A stretch of DNA of 64,000 bases, taken from the NCBI GenBank assembly GCA_043800705.1, contig JAZDMS010000003.1, forward strand, positions 21,540-85,539. The letters run 5' to 3'. Below the pieces are notes generated by a model that did no database searches, was not told the DNA's origin, and saw only the letters and a list, made by a program, of their open reading frames with translations. This DNA comes from Candidatus Altiarchaeota archaeon (GTDB lineage Archaea > Altiarchaeota > Altiarchaeia > IMC4 > SCGC-AAA252-I15). Both the position numbers and the translations under genes were made by a program. Positions 36,777 through 46,587 of the stretch are shown piece by piece (the first letter of the stretch is position 1; each line of letters opens with the position of its first letter).

Positions 36777-37670
36777 ATGGGTCATCGAACTGACGCTCAG
36801 ATTAAGCCTCAACCTCATGTATTACCGTCGGTTGCATTGCCTGATGTATGGGGTCACGGTGATGCCGCTTCAAATGCCAATAAATACCACTCGTCATTGA
36901 TACATTATACCGCGTTTTCCCTGGCATGCTTGATTAAATTTTGCAGCGATCTGAGGGCTGCGAACCCGAAAGAGGACGTTTTGTTCGTCGGCAACGGAGG
37001 AAACGGAAGGCCTCAGGCACAGTTGCTTCAAAAGGATTTGGAGGCTCTTGGGTTTTGGGTGGATGTGGCGGCAAGGATAAGGTCTAAGGCGTATGACATA
37101 GCCAAGATCCAATCCGCACCAGTCCCCTTGGAGGGCGGAAAGGAGATGGTTGAATATGTGCTAAAGAGGAGCCCGATAGTTATCTTAGCCGACAACTCTA
37201 AGGGAAGGGTTGCATCCGCAATGTATGGGTATAGGGAGCTCGTCAACGGCCTCAATATACTCCATGGAAAGGAGGCCTTGTTTGATCCGGGGAGGAGGGC
37301 GGGTCTGAACAGTAGTCTGCTCTCAAGGTTTTCCGGTAGTGGACAACATCCAGCCTTCAAGGGATACAAACGGTTTCTTTTCTGGGACCCCCTGGATTAT
37401 CTTGATCCAATAAAATCAGATGCCAGAATCAGCAGCGGAAGCCGGGTCAGGGAGGGGGATATAGTGGCCGTGAACCTCCATCCGTCATTCGGGCACTCGG
37501 GTTTATTGGACAAGCCTGGCTCGGAGGCACTGAGGGGGCTTGTAGGTAATCTGTCTGAGAGGGATTTGATGCCATTCGAATTGGATTCATTGGACGGGCA
37601 AGAGGTTATTGAAAATTTAAAATCCGCGGACGGCAGGCGGCTCATAGAATATTACAAAAGGCTTCTCTGA
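36777..37670 (+). CDS. Hypothetical alpha/beta protein, weak PRTase-like features
   Basis: DVLFVGNGGNG and IVILADNS; start uncertain. Confidence 0.5.
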   Translation: MGHRTDAQIKPQPHVLPSVALPDVWGHGDAASNANKYHSSLIHYTAFSLACLIKFCSDLRAANPKEDVLFVGNGGNGRPQAQLLQKDLEALGFWVDVAARIRSKAYDIAKIQSAPVPLEGGKEMVEYVLKRSPIVILADNSKGRVASAMYGYRELVNGLNILHGKEALFDPGRRAGLNSSLLSRFSGSGQHPAFKGYKRFLFWDPLDYLDPIKSDARISSGSRVREGDIVAVNLHPSFGHSGLLDKPGSEALRGLVGNLSERDLMPFELDSLDGQEVIENLKSADGRRLIEYYKRLL

Positions 37671-37673
37671 CGA

Positions 37674-38999
37674 TCAGCCACGAAGCTGCTTCATAAGCCT
37701 TATTCTCTTCTCTATGAGGGCCTCTGTCCCTATGTCCTTGCGGAAGAAGAGCTTCCCCTTCACATACGGCATGCATGAGGCGGCCGCCTGTTCCGCTTCC
37801 GTGATGGTGTCCGCTATGCCGACGACTGCGATGGCCCTTGACTTCGACGTCAGGATCTTTCCGTTTTCCTCCCTGACTGAGGCGTAGTATATGCGGCCTC
37901 CTTTTTCCTCTATCGCTTTCTCGTCGACTTCGACTTCCACATTGTTGAGGGGGCTGTCGGGGTATCCTTCTGGGACGAAGTATTTGCAGACCGTGGCTTT
38001 GTCCTTGAATTTAATCTGGTCGCCCAGCCTGCCTGCCGCGATGTTTTCGCATATCTGCAGCATGTCGGATTCGAGTATGGACAGGATGTTCATGGCTTCG
38101 GGGTCGCCGAGGCGTGCGTTGTATTCTATGACCTTGACTCCCTCCCGCGTGGCCATGAATTGGCCGTAGAGGAAGCCCTTGTATTTTTCGCCCGTCTCCT
38201 TTTTCACGGCCTTTACGGTGGCCTCCATTATCCTGATGGCGTCGTCATAGTCCTTTTGGGTGAGGAAGGGGAGTATGTATCCTCTGTCGTTGTAGCTGCC
38301 CATGCCGCCGGTGTTGGGGCCGATGTCTCCGTCGTACGCCCTCTTGTGGTCCTGGACCATCGGCGTTCCCTGGACCCGCTGCCCGTCGACGAACGCCTGG
38401 ATGGTGAATTCCTCCCCTATGAGTCTTTCCTCGAGTACGATCTTCGGTATGACCCCCATCTTCGTGGCGAAGATCTCTTTGATGTATTTTTTCGCGCCTT
38501 CGGAGTCGAAGTGTTCGCCCATTATCTGGACGCCCTTGCCGCCTGTCAGCCCCGCGGGTTTGACGACGAGGTCGCCGTCGTATTCGTCGATGAATCCGCA
38601 GGCGTCTTCAGCGGACTCGAAGAGCTCGAAGAACGGTGTCCCCTCCAGCCTGTGCCTCCTCATGAGGGCGCGGCTGAACGCCTTGTCGCTCTCAAGCTGC
38701 GCAGGAATTCTCCTGGGGCCCACGCATTGGATGCCCTTCTTCTCAAGGACGTCGACGACTCCCGCGGCAAGCGGGGCCTCGGGCCCTATGACTGCCAGGT
38801 TCGCGCCGCATTTTTGCGCGTATGCGGCGACCTGATCCGGCTTGCATATGTCTCCGACCGCATATTCTTTTGCGAGCCGTTTGATGCCGGGGTTCGCGGC
38901 AGGCATGTACGCGAAAAGTTCAGGTTTATTCGGGCTTCTTGCCAGTGCGGCGGCTATTGCGTGCTCCCTTGCACCACCGCCCACCATCAGGATCTTCAT
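37674..38999 (-). CDS. purD: Phosphoribosylamine--glycine ligase
   Basis: GGGAREHA, GPEAPL, QDHKR, GPNTGGMG, EYNARLGDPE. Confidence 0.97.
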   Translation of the reverse strand: MKILMVGGGAREHAIAAALARSPNKPELFAYMPAANPGIKRLAKEYAVGDICKPDQVAAYAQKCGANLAVIGPEAPLAAGVVDVLEKKGIQCVGPRRIPAQLESDKAFSRALMRRHRLEGTPFFELFESAEDACGFIDEYDGDLVVKPAGLTGGKGVQIMGEHFDSEGAKKYIKEIFATKMGVIPKIVLEERLIGEEFTIQAFVDGQRVQGTPMVQDHKRAYDGDIGPNTGGMGSYNDRGYILPFLTQKDYDDAIRIMEATVKAVKKETGEKYKGFLYGQFMATREGVKVIEYNARLGDPEAMNILSILESDMLQICENIAAGRLGDQIKFKDKATVCKYFVPEGYPDSPLNNVEVEVDEKAIEEKGGRIYYASVREENGKILTSKSRAIAVVGIADTITEAEQAAASCMPYVKGKLFFRKDIGTEALIEKRIRLMKQLRG

Positions 39000-39034
39000 G
39001 TTATAGATGATGGCGCGGGGAAATAAAAACCATC

Positions 39035-39955
39035 TCAGAATCCGATGAGGCCCATGAGCCATTGGAAGAGGCCCTGACCCTGCGGCTCCTCCGCTGCGAC
39101 GGCGTCGCCGATGACTGCGGGCTCCGGCAAAGTCGACGACGTAGTCGTTCCGATGGTGGACGAAGTCGTGGTCGTCTTGTCCAGGAAGTGCGGAGGCGGC
39201 AGATAGGTCGTCGTGGTCGACGATGACGTCGTCGATGTGGATGTCGTCGTGGTCGTGGAGACGTCGATGGTTATGTACGCCTGCGGATAGTCGGTTCCGG
39301 ATACGAGGACCGTGTATATGCCCGCCTTCTCAAAGGGAAGCTCTGCCTCCCCCGTATAGTTTGATTTTGTCGACACCATCGGCATCGTGACGCCCACCAG
39401 TCCGGTGTATACCTCCAGCGTCGCGTCCCTGACGGGGGCGTCGGTCTTGTTGTCTTCGAACCTGAACCTGACGGTGTCCCCGGGAGCTACGGCTTCTGGG
39501 TCCTGGGCGTATCTCATTATCTTCGGGATGAAGACCCTCGTGTCTACGCTCGAGCCTCCGGCGCACTCGCATACGTCGCAGAATTTGAGGTCGCCTTCGG
39601 GTTTTTCGCCGAATCCGCATCTCCAGCCTATCAATAGTCCCCCCTTTGCCTTTATCTCGGAGATGCCGACCATGCTCGTCGCGCCGTTCTTGAACAGGGC
39701 CCACCAGTGGGGGTTCTCCGTGCTATACGTGCATTCGAAGCCGTTGATGGCTGTGACGAACTTCCCGAATCCGAAGTCCGAGCATTCGTACGATGACTTG
39801 TCGCAAAGCAGGTCCATTCCCGCCCCGTCGTCTGCGTCGTAGCAGTTCTTTGAAATCCCCCCCGCGCCGTTGTCCGCCACCACGGCCACCTTCACAGCAT
39901 CAACCGTTGTTATCATCAAAAACGCCGTTAAAACCGCCCATATCGCCTTTTTCAT
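39035..39955 (-). CDS. Secreted DUF4430-like (cobalamin-binding type) protein with Thr-rich linker
   Basis: Signal peptide; FGKFVTAING...WWALFKNG..SMVGI; TTTTT stalk; hydrophobic C-terminus. Confidence 0.7.
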   Translation of the reverse strand: MKKAIWAVLTAFLMITTVDAVKVAVVADNGAGGISKNCYDADDGAGMDLLCDKSSYECSDFGFGKFVTAINGFECTYSTENPHWWALFKNGATSMVGISEIKAKGGLLIGWRCGFGEKPEGDLKFCDVCECAGGSSVDTRVFIPKIMRYAQDPEAVAPGDTVRFRFEDNKTDAPVRDATLEVYTGLVGVTMPMVSTKSNYTGEAELPFEKAGIYTVLVSGTDYPQAYITIDVSTTTTTSTSTTSSSTTTTYLPPPHFLDKTTTTSSTIGTTTSSTLPEPAVIGDAVAAEEPQGQGLFQWLMGLIGF

Positions 39956-40051
39956 AATGCACACCTAAGGTTGGATAATTTATCCAACGCTTATTATTAT
40001 GCATGACCTATATAAAAGCATGTCCGTAATCCGGGGGAGTTGGCTGCCGGC

Positions 40052-40918
40052 ATGAACACATCGAACTGGGTCGCATGGGTGGCCCTTGCAATGCTCTACT
40101 GCGGGCTTACATACAACCCCTTCTATCAGCTTTTGCTCTTTCTGACGGTCTGCGCATGCGCCCTTGCAAGGAAGCTTCCCCTGAAGTCATATCTGAAGGC
40201 CGGGCTCCTCATGTCCGCCATCCCCCTCTTCATCAACGTCTTCTTCGTCCACCTGGGGAAGATCGTCCTGTTCACAGTACCGCGGAACATACCGGTCGCA
40301 GGCTTCGACATCCCGTTGCTCGTCTTCTCAGGCCACATAACAGCGGAGGCCCTCGCGTTCGCAGCCATCATGGCACTGTTCCTCCTGAACATGCTGGTCT
40401 CTTTCCAGGTCTTCAACGGCTCCACGAGCCCTGATGCGATACTGCGGCTGATGCCTGCCGCGCTTCCCGCGGTGGGCCTTGTCACATCCATCGGCCTGAG
40501 GTTCGTCCCTACGATACTGAGGGACCATTCCTCCATCAGGGACGCCCAGATGTCACGGGGAGTGAAGATGGGATCGGGGCCGGCGCATGAGAGGCTCGCC
40601 AATCAGGCGGGAGTGATCGCTCCGACGGTCGTCACCGCGCTCGAGCGCGGATTCAACCTTGCGGAGTCCATGGCATCGAGGGGATACACTGGGCAGAGGA
40701 CGAAGTATACACGGACCGGATGGACCAAGACGGAAAGGATCATACAGGCTGCCCTCATCCTGTCAGTGGCCGTCACCGTCTGGGCGAAGCTGTCCGGTGT
40801 CATGGACTTCTGGCCCTATGATTCCGCGGCGCTGCCTCAGCTTTCGCGACTGGCCATCGCGCCCCTCGTAGCATTAGCGATACCGTTGTTCACAAAGGAT
40901 GAAAGCAATAGAACTTAA
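40052..40918 (+). CDS. ecfT: ECF transporter transmembrane component T
   Basis: LRFVP, DAQMSRG, LAESMASRGY. Confidence 0.9.
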   Translation: MNTSNWVAWVALAMLYCGLTYNPFYQLLLFLTVCACALARKLPLKSYLKAGLLMSAIPLFINVFFVHLGKIVLFTVPRNIPVAGFDIPLLVFSGHITAEALAFAAIMALFLLNMLVSFQVFNGSTSPDAILRLMPAALPAVGLVTSIGLRFVPTILRDHSSIRDAQMSRGVKMGSGPAHERLANQAGVIAPTVVTALERGFNLAESMASRGYTGQRTKYTRTGWTKTERIIQAALILSVAVTVWAKLSGVMDFWPYDSAALPQLSRLAIAPLVALAIPLFTKDESNRT

Positions 40919-42242
40919 GGGCGTCTCCTACAGGTACCCGGAAAGGGATGAATATGCGATAGAGGGGCTGGACCTCTCCGTCGAAGAGGGGGAATTCGTC
41001 CTCGTCACAGGCAGGTCCGGGTGCGGAAAATCCACCGTCTGCCGCCTCTTGAACGGCCTATGCCCGAAATACCACGGAGGAGAGCTGTCAGGCAGCGTAT
41101 TCGTCGGAGGCCATGACGTCTCGAAGAAGACGGTGGCGGAGATGTCAGCCCATGTCGGCCTCCTCTTCCAGGACCCGGAGGACCAGATAGTGATGTCGAA
41201 GGTCGAAGGCGAGATAGCGTTCGGGTTGGAGAACATGATGACCGAGCCTGTGACCATCGGCGGCCGCATCGGGTGGGTCTCCTCAGCGCTCGGGATAAGC
41301 CATCTCCTTGATAGGAGGACGGATCAGCTATCGGGCGGAGAAAAGCAGAAGATAGTTCTCGCATCCGTGCTCGCGATGAAGCCGAAGGTGCTCGCCCTCG
41401 ACGAGCCCACGTCACAGCTGGATGAGGAATCCCGCGCAAGGCTGTTCGAGCTCCTGCGGGCGCTCAACGAGGGGGGGCTGACGATAATAGCGGTGGAGCA
41501 CAACGTACGGGGCATCCTCGGATACGTCGACAGGGTCTTCGACCTCGAATCAGGCAAGGACATAGTAGTCGAGTCCGAGCTGCCGGCGGTAAAAAAGACC
41601 ATGCATAAGAGCGGAAAGGTCCTCGTTCAGACGACGGGGCTCGCCGGCGGATACGGCGGCAGTCCGGTGTTCGAGGGCGTGAGCGTCACGGTTCGCGAAG
41701 GGGAATGCCTCGCAGTGACAGGCCCTAACGGGGCGGGGAAGAGCACGTTCGTCCGCCATCTTGCGGCACTGATGAAGCCGATGTCGGGGTCGGCAGTCGT
41801 CCTCGGGCAGGACACGCGCAAGGCGTCGGTCGAGGACCTGGCGGGGAAGGTCGCATACCTCCCGCAGAACCCGGCGGACATGCTCTTTGCCGACACCGCA
41901 GAGGACGAGCTGAGGTTCACGCTCCAGCACACCGGTGCGTCAGGGGACGTCGAAGCGGTCCTCGGGAGGTTCGGCCTCCTCGAACATAGGCACGACTATC
42001 CGAGGGACCTGAGTGTCGGGCAGCGGCAGCGGCTCGCGATAGCAGCCGTCCTCGTGGCAGACCCCAAAGTGGTACTGTTGGACGAGCCGACGAGGGGGAT
42101 AGACTCCGAAGCCAGGAGGGCGCTCGTCTCGTTCGTCCACGGCATGCTCGGGGAAGGCCGCGCCGTAGTCATGGTCACGCAGGAGAGGGACCTGGTCGAC
42201 GAGCTTGCCTCGGAAGAGCTGAAGATGGTGGTGCGAGTATGA
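40899..42242 (+). CDS. ECF transporter fused double ATPase
   Basis: GRSGCGKS and GPNGAGKS Walker A, LSGGEKQ and LSVGQRQ, two LDEPT. Confidence 0.93.
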   Translation: MKAIELKGVSYRYPERDEYAIEGLDLSVEEGEFVLVTGRSGCGKSTVCRLLNGLCPKYHGGELSGSVFVGGHDVSKKTVAEMSAHVGLLFQDPEDQIVMSKVEGEIAFGLENMMTEPVTIGGRIGWVSSALGISHLLDRRTDQLSGGEKQKIVLASVLAMKPKVLALDEPTSQLDEESRARLFELLRALNEGGLTIIAVEHNVRGILGYVDRVFDLESGKDIVVESELPAVKKTMHKSGKVLVQTTGLAGGYGGSPVFEGVSVTVREGECLAVTGPNGAGKSTFVRHLAALMKPMSGSAVVLGQDTRKASVEDLAGKVAYLPQNPADMLFADTAEDELRFTLQHTGASGDVEAVLGRFGLLEHRHDYPRDLSVGQRQRLAIAAVLVADPKVVLLDEPTRGIDSEARRALVSFVHGMLGEGRAVVMVTQERDLVDELASEELKMVVRV

Positions 42243-42922
42243 ACAAGGCAAAGCTCTTCGCATGGCTCTCTCTCATCCTGGTCACCGTAGCGCTCGTATC
42301 CGGGTTCAAGGCGAGCTGGCTCATCTACACGTCCGCTATCGCAGCGCTCGCGACCCTCCTCGTCCTATCCGAGTTCGACGAGCGCAGCCGCGACCCGAGG
42401 ACGGTAGCTCTGACCGGTGTCATCGTGGCACTGGCGGCGACTTCCCGCCAGCTCCTGCACGGGATAGAGTTCAGCCCCGTCTTCTTCATCGTCATCCTGG
42501 CAGGCCACGTGTTCGGCTTCACTACCGGTTTCGCGGTCGGGGCGTTGACGATGTTCGTGTCGAACTTCTTCATCGGTCAGGGGCCGTGGACGGCGTATCA
42601 GATGCTGGGGATGGGGCTCCTTGCCGGCTTCGCGGCATACCTTCCCAGGAACGACCGCTTCAGGATTAGGGCCCTCACCGCATATTCGATCGTCACAGCG
42701 TTCCTGTACGGCGCCTTCACCGACGTATTCTTCTGGCTCGCCTTCATACCCACCCACGAGATGGAATCGCTGTTGGCGGTGTTCGGCGCCGGGCTACTGC
42801 CCGCCCTGAGCCGCGCAATGGGGAACCTCTTCTTCATGAGCCTCCTCGGCCCCGTCCTCCTGAAGGTCCTTCTGCGCTTCAGAAAGAGGCTGACCTACAC
42901 CTATCACGGCAAGCGGCAATGA
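42239..42922 (+). CDS. ECF transporter S component (CbrT-like, probably cobalamin)
   Basis: VSNFFIGQGPWTAYQM; about 7 TM. Confidence 0.8.
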   Translation: MNKAKLFAWLSLILVTVALVSGFKASWLIYTSAIAALATLLVLSEFDERSRDPRTVALTGVIVALAATSRQLLHGIEFSPVFFIVILAGHVFGFTTGFAVGALTMFVSNFFIGQGPWTAYQMLGMGLLAGFAAYLPRNDRFRIRALTAYSIVTAFLYGAFTDVFFWLAFIPTHEMESLLAVFGAGLLPALSRAMGNLFFMSLLGPVLLKVLLRFRKRLTYTYHGKRQ

Positions 42923-42930
42923 GGTTGGGC

Positions 42931-43587
42931 CTAGACGATGTTGGCGTCGTTCACGTCCATATATGCCATGTCCCCCTTTACGACAGTCGAGTGGAACCTT
43001 ATCCTTATCCTGCGCTCAAACATCGGCGCATCCAGCACCATGGTATGATACTCCCCCCTCTCTCCGCAAAGGTCGAGGCCCGGGATATTGCGCAGCAATT
43101 CCAACGACTCCAGGCCCAGTTCCTTTCCGACCCATTCCTCAGTCAGCCACGGCCTCTTCACGAGGGAGAATATCGCCTTGAACCCGCCGGTTAGGAGTCT
43201 TCCCATCATCTCCTCCCCCTCCATCCCCCATAGCGGCCTGACCGTTTTCAGCCCGACGTCCTCGCAGCATTCCCTGACCAAGTCGGGGTGTCCTTCGGCC
43301 TCGGCGATGTCGCCTGTGATGACGGCCTCGATGCCATGCGCCTTAAGGAGTCCAAGCCCCCTCGCATAGCCGTCCCTATATGGCGCATCGACAGTGAGTA
43401 TCCTGTGGGGTAGCCCCAGGGAATCGGCTTGGTGCCTCATTAGCGACAGCGGATGGGCCAGGAATTCAGGCTCAGGCGGCGCGAAGGTGACTAGGGATAC
43501 GGCATCGATTCCGGATTTTTCCGCCAGATGCAACGCCAAGGCTGACTCCTTCCCCCCGGTCCATAGAACCGCGGCCTTCTTTAGCAT
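42931..43587 (-). CDS. Diphthine--ammonia ligase (Dph6/MJ0570)-family PP-loop protein
   Basis: WTGGKES, ITGDI, RPLW, DLCGERGEYHTMVLDAPMF. Confidence 0.85.
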   Translation of the reverse strand: MLKKAAVLWTGGKESALALHLAEKSGIDAVSLVTFAPPEPEFLAHPLSLMRHQADSLGLPHRILTVDAPYRDGYARGLGLLKAHGIEAVITGDIAEAEGHPDLVRECCEDVGLKTVRPLWGMEGEEMMGRLLTGGFKAIFSLVKRPWLTEEWVGKELGLESLELLRNIPGLDLCGERGEYHTMVLDAPMFERRIRIRFHSTVVKGDMAYMDVNDANIV

Positions 43588-43660
43588 GGGTCCGAATTGA
43601 ACATACGGGAACAAATACCCCTGGCCGCTATTTTACCGGATAAGCGGCTAATACTCCTCA

Positions 43661-45337
43661 ATGGACGACGGACAGCATCACAAGCTTGCAAAGATAGCGC
43701 CCCTTTCGGAAAATTTCACCCTCGAAGGTGCCGCCCTCGGGCAGATAAGGCCCGCCGACGAATGGGTGCAGCACAACAACCGCCTCCTGTACGGAACCCT
43801 CGGCCCCGGCATCCACAAGCATTTTTCGACATTGGTCTCCGACGATCCCAGGACGTCTTTCGCGATGGCGGACGGCTTCCACACCCACCTGCGCGGCCTT
43901 GGAAGCCGCATACCGGAGGAGATTATAGTCCACGAGTACGGCGTCGGCAACGGCATGCTTGCAGCGGCCTTCCTGCACAGGATTGGGGAAAACGACCGAA
44001 AAAACGGGACGGATTTTCTAAGGCGCACAGCCTATGTGCTCTTCGACTCGCATCAGGCCATATTCGACGGCCTTCGAGAAAACATGTTCCTGATGGAGTT
44101 CAAGGACTGCCTGGTCTTCGCCGAAGGCAACGCAATCGACCTGAAGCCGGGTAAGATAACCTCCCTGCGGCCGGGGGATAAAGACACGGAAAGATACTTC
44201 GCGCAAGGGGCGGTCCACAAGCAGATGTCAAACGAGCTTGCTGACGCCATGCCCTCCACGATCCTTGTGGGGGACGGGGGAAAAAAGGCCGAACTGTGGA
44301 TGCAGCCCTACATCAAGTCATCCGGGTTCAGGGCGGAAAGTGATGTTTACCGCAGTGGAGACCCAGGCGAGCTTATCGGCCTGATGGCAGGGGACGCATC
44401 GGTGCCGAAATCATACGCACTGGCGGATACGGGGCATCTTGGAAGAGCCGACGCCTTCTTCAATTCTATAGGCGCTGTTGCGGTCGCTAAGCCCGTCCTG
44501 GATCTTTCAATACCGCTTGCCGAAATGGATGCTACAGCCCGCAGGGTGGTCCTCATGGCATTGGATGGGCTTTCCGATCCCTGGAATGTTGCGGTGACCC
44601 ACGGTTTCTTCAGGCATCTTGAGGCTGCAAAACGGCTGATGAGCGAAGACGGCCAGGGCTACGATTTCTTCGACACCGGTTCCGCTAAGATGAAGGATGC
44701 GGATGCTGTCCCGCTCATCCTCACCAGGGGCGACTTCTGCTACAGCGTCCCGTTCGACCTCGTTGGGAAGGTAGCGGAAGGGATGGGCCTCAAAGTGGAC
44801 GTATGCGAGCCGCAGCATGTGTTCGTAGGCCGGCAGCTTGGCGAGACGCAGCACTACTTCGACGAGGTCCTCCAAACCCACCCGGGTTATGGGGGCAAAG
44901 GAAGAAAAGATCAAATAATCGAACAAGACGGCTGCCTCAACCTTTTGCCGTCTGAGCCGGAAAACGAGCAAGGCGGCAGGATCATGCGCAAGGCGGCAAA
45001 AGCCTTCGTCGGCTACGAGAACATCGTCATCGCCAAGACCGCGAGGCAGGTGACCTATGACCTTGTGAATTCCGTCATGCCGGGCTTTTTGGGAAGCGCG
45101 ATGGAGTCCGACCCTGGGGGATTCCTCGCTAAGGTCGACTGGGCCCTGTCGCTTATGGGCGGCGGCAACAGGCTTCGGCACCAGCTAAATTTCCTATCGG
45201 AGCGCGAAATACGTTCCGCGATTCCGGAACTGGCCAGGTCAGGATTCGACAAGGTACTGCTCGAGGCCGTATTGGGGCAGGAGAACAAAAGCGGAATCAA
45301 AAGCGGCTTCCACCACATGCGCGTCCTTCCCGCATAA
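43661..45337 (+). CDS. SAM-dependent methyltransferase, MidA/NDUFAF7-like
   Basis: HEYGVGNGMLA motif I; SNELADAMP; FFDTG. Confidence 0.6.
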   Translation: MDDGQHHKLAKIAPLSENFTLEGAALGQIRPADEWVQHNNRLLYGTLGPGIHKHFSTLVSDDPRTSFAMADGFHTHLRGLGSRIPEEIIVHEYGVGNGMLAAAFLHRIGENDRKNGTDFLRRTAYVLFDSHQAIFDGLRENMFLMEFKDCLVFAEGNAIDLKPGKITSLRPGDKDTERYFAQGAVHKQMSNELADAMPSTILVGDGGKKAELWMQPYIKSSGFRAESDVYRSGDPGELIGLMAGDASVPKSYALADTGHLGRADAFFNSIGAVAVAKPVLDLSIPLAEMDATARRVVLMALDGLSDPWNVAVTHGFFRHLEAAKRLMSEDGQGYDFFDTGSAKMKDADAVPLILTRGDFCYSVPFDLVGKVAEGMGLKVDVCEPQHVFVGRQLGETQHYFDEVLQTHPGYGGKGRKDQIIEQDGCLNLLPSEPENEQGGRIMRKAAKAFVGYENIVIAKTARQVTYDLVNSVMPGFLGSAMESDPGGFLAKVDWALSLMGGGNRLRHQLNFLSEREIRSAIPELARSGFDKVLLEAVLGQENKSGIKSGFHHMRVLPA

Positions 45338-45365
45338 TATTATTCTCCACTGCACAATCTCTTCC

Positions 45366-46223
45366 ATGGCGGATGAGACGTTGGCGATCGCGCTCAAGCT
45401 GGCAAGGAAGCTCAAGAGGACCGCCGGAATGTTCGGCGGGGATTACGTGGAAGACGTCCGCTTCGGAGCGACAGGCGACGCCACCTACGAGGTCGACGAG
45501 CCGATGGAGGCGGCCGTCGCCGACTTCTTCACCGACGCGAGGATCCCCTGCAGGGTCATGACAGAAGACACGGGGGTGAAGGACTTCGGCAAAGACCCGC
45601 GGTACATATTCCTCATCGACCCCTTGGACGGCTCAAGGAATCTCAGGCGCCACCTGCCGCTGCACTGCTGCAGCATCGCATCATACGGCATCGGCGCGAA
45701 TGAGCTGTCAGACTCCGTATGCGCCGTCGTGGAACGCTTCGACGCGAAGGAGGAGTTCACGGCAGTCCGGGGGGAAGGGGTCTTCCTCAACGGCAAAAGG
45801 ATAAGCTCCTCGAAGAAGACCACACCCGACGACGCCATAATCTCGCTCGGATCCCATTTCGCATCCACAATCCCCTCCTTCGCAGACTACGGCCGCAGGC
45901 TCGGCCGCCTCACGAAACGGCAGGAGAGAAGCATCATGGTCAAATGCTACGGAGCGAGCGCCTTGGAGCTCGCATACCTCGCAGCAGGCTACACCGACAT
46001 GTTTCTGGACACACGGGCCGGGATGGGCTACAAGGCCGCCTTGAAGACCTACGACGTCGCGGCGGGGATCCTCCTTTGCACTGAGGCCGGCGCGATCGTC
46101 GAATACGGCAGCGGCCGCATCCCAGAAAAATTGCCAGTCGACCCTTATGTTCCCGTGATGGTGGCGGGGGCCGGAAACCGCGAGCTCTACAGGTTGCTTA
46201 AGAAGGCAAGCCCCTTTATTTAA
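45366..46223 (+). CDS. Inositol monophosphatase/FBPase-family phosphatase
   Basis: TED, IDPLDGSRN, GASALEL, YDVAAG. Confidence 0.9.
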   Translation: MADETLAIALKLARKLKRTAGMFGGDYVEDVRFGATGDATYEVDEPMEAAVADFFTDARIPCRVMTEDTGVKDFGKDPRYIFLIDPLDGSRNLRRHLPLHCCSIASYGIGANELSDSVCAVVERFDAKEEFTAVRGEGVFLNGKRISSSKKTTPDDAIISLGSHFASTIPSFADYGRRLGRLTKRQERSIMVKCYGASALELAYLAAGYTDMFLDTRAGMGYKAALKTYDVAAGILLCTEAGAIVEYGSGRIPEKLPVDPYVPVMVAGAGNRELYRLLKKASPFI

Positions 46224-46242
46224 CGGCGCCGAATAATATCAC

Positions 46243-46533
46243 ATGGGTGCGGGTTACATCTTCGTCGGGGCCTTGAGGGGCCTTCTAGCGGTCATCAAGG
46301 GGGCGCTGATGCCGTCTAAGGGGGATTTCTTGGGCGGCTTCCTCATCACCATCGTCGTATACCTGGTCTTCGGCATCAGCGTCGTCCTCCTTCTGCCTTT
46401 CATCATTGCCGGAGTCCTTATCACGTACGTCCTCAGGAGGCTGTGGAAGGCCCTGATACTCTATTGGACCATTAGGTGCGTAAAGAAGAAGACCTCCAGG
46501 GAGTTCGAGAGGATCAAGGGACTGTTCAAATAG
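46243..46533 (+). CDS. Small membrane protein
   Basis: 96-aa hydrophobic ORF. Confidence 0.55.
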   Translation: MGAGYIFVGALRGLLAVIKGALMPSKGDFLGGFLITIVVYLVFGISVVLLLPFIIAGVLITYVLRRLWKALILYWTIRCVKKKTSREFERIKGLFK

Positions 46534-46587
46534 GCCGGGCCTTGCTCGGGCATTATTCTTTTATCCTCCCATTCTGATGAGATTAAC

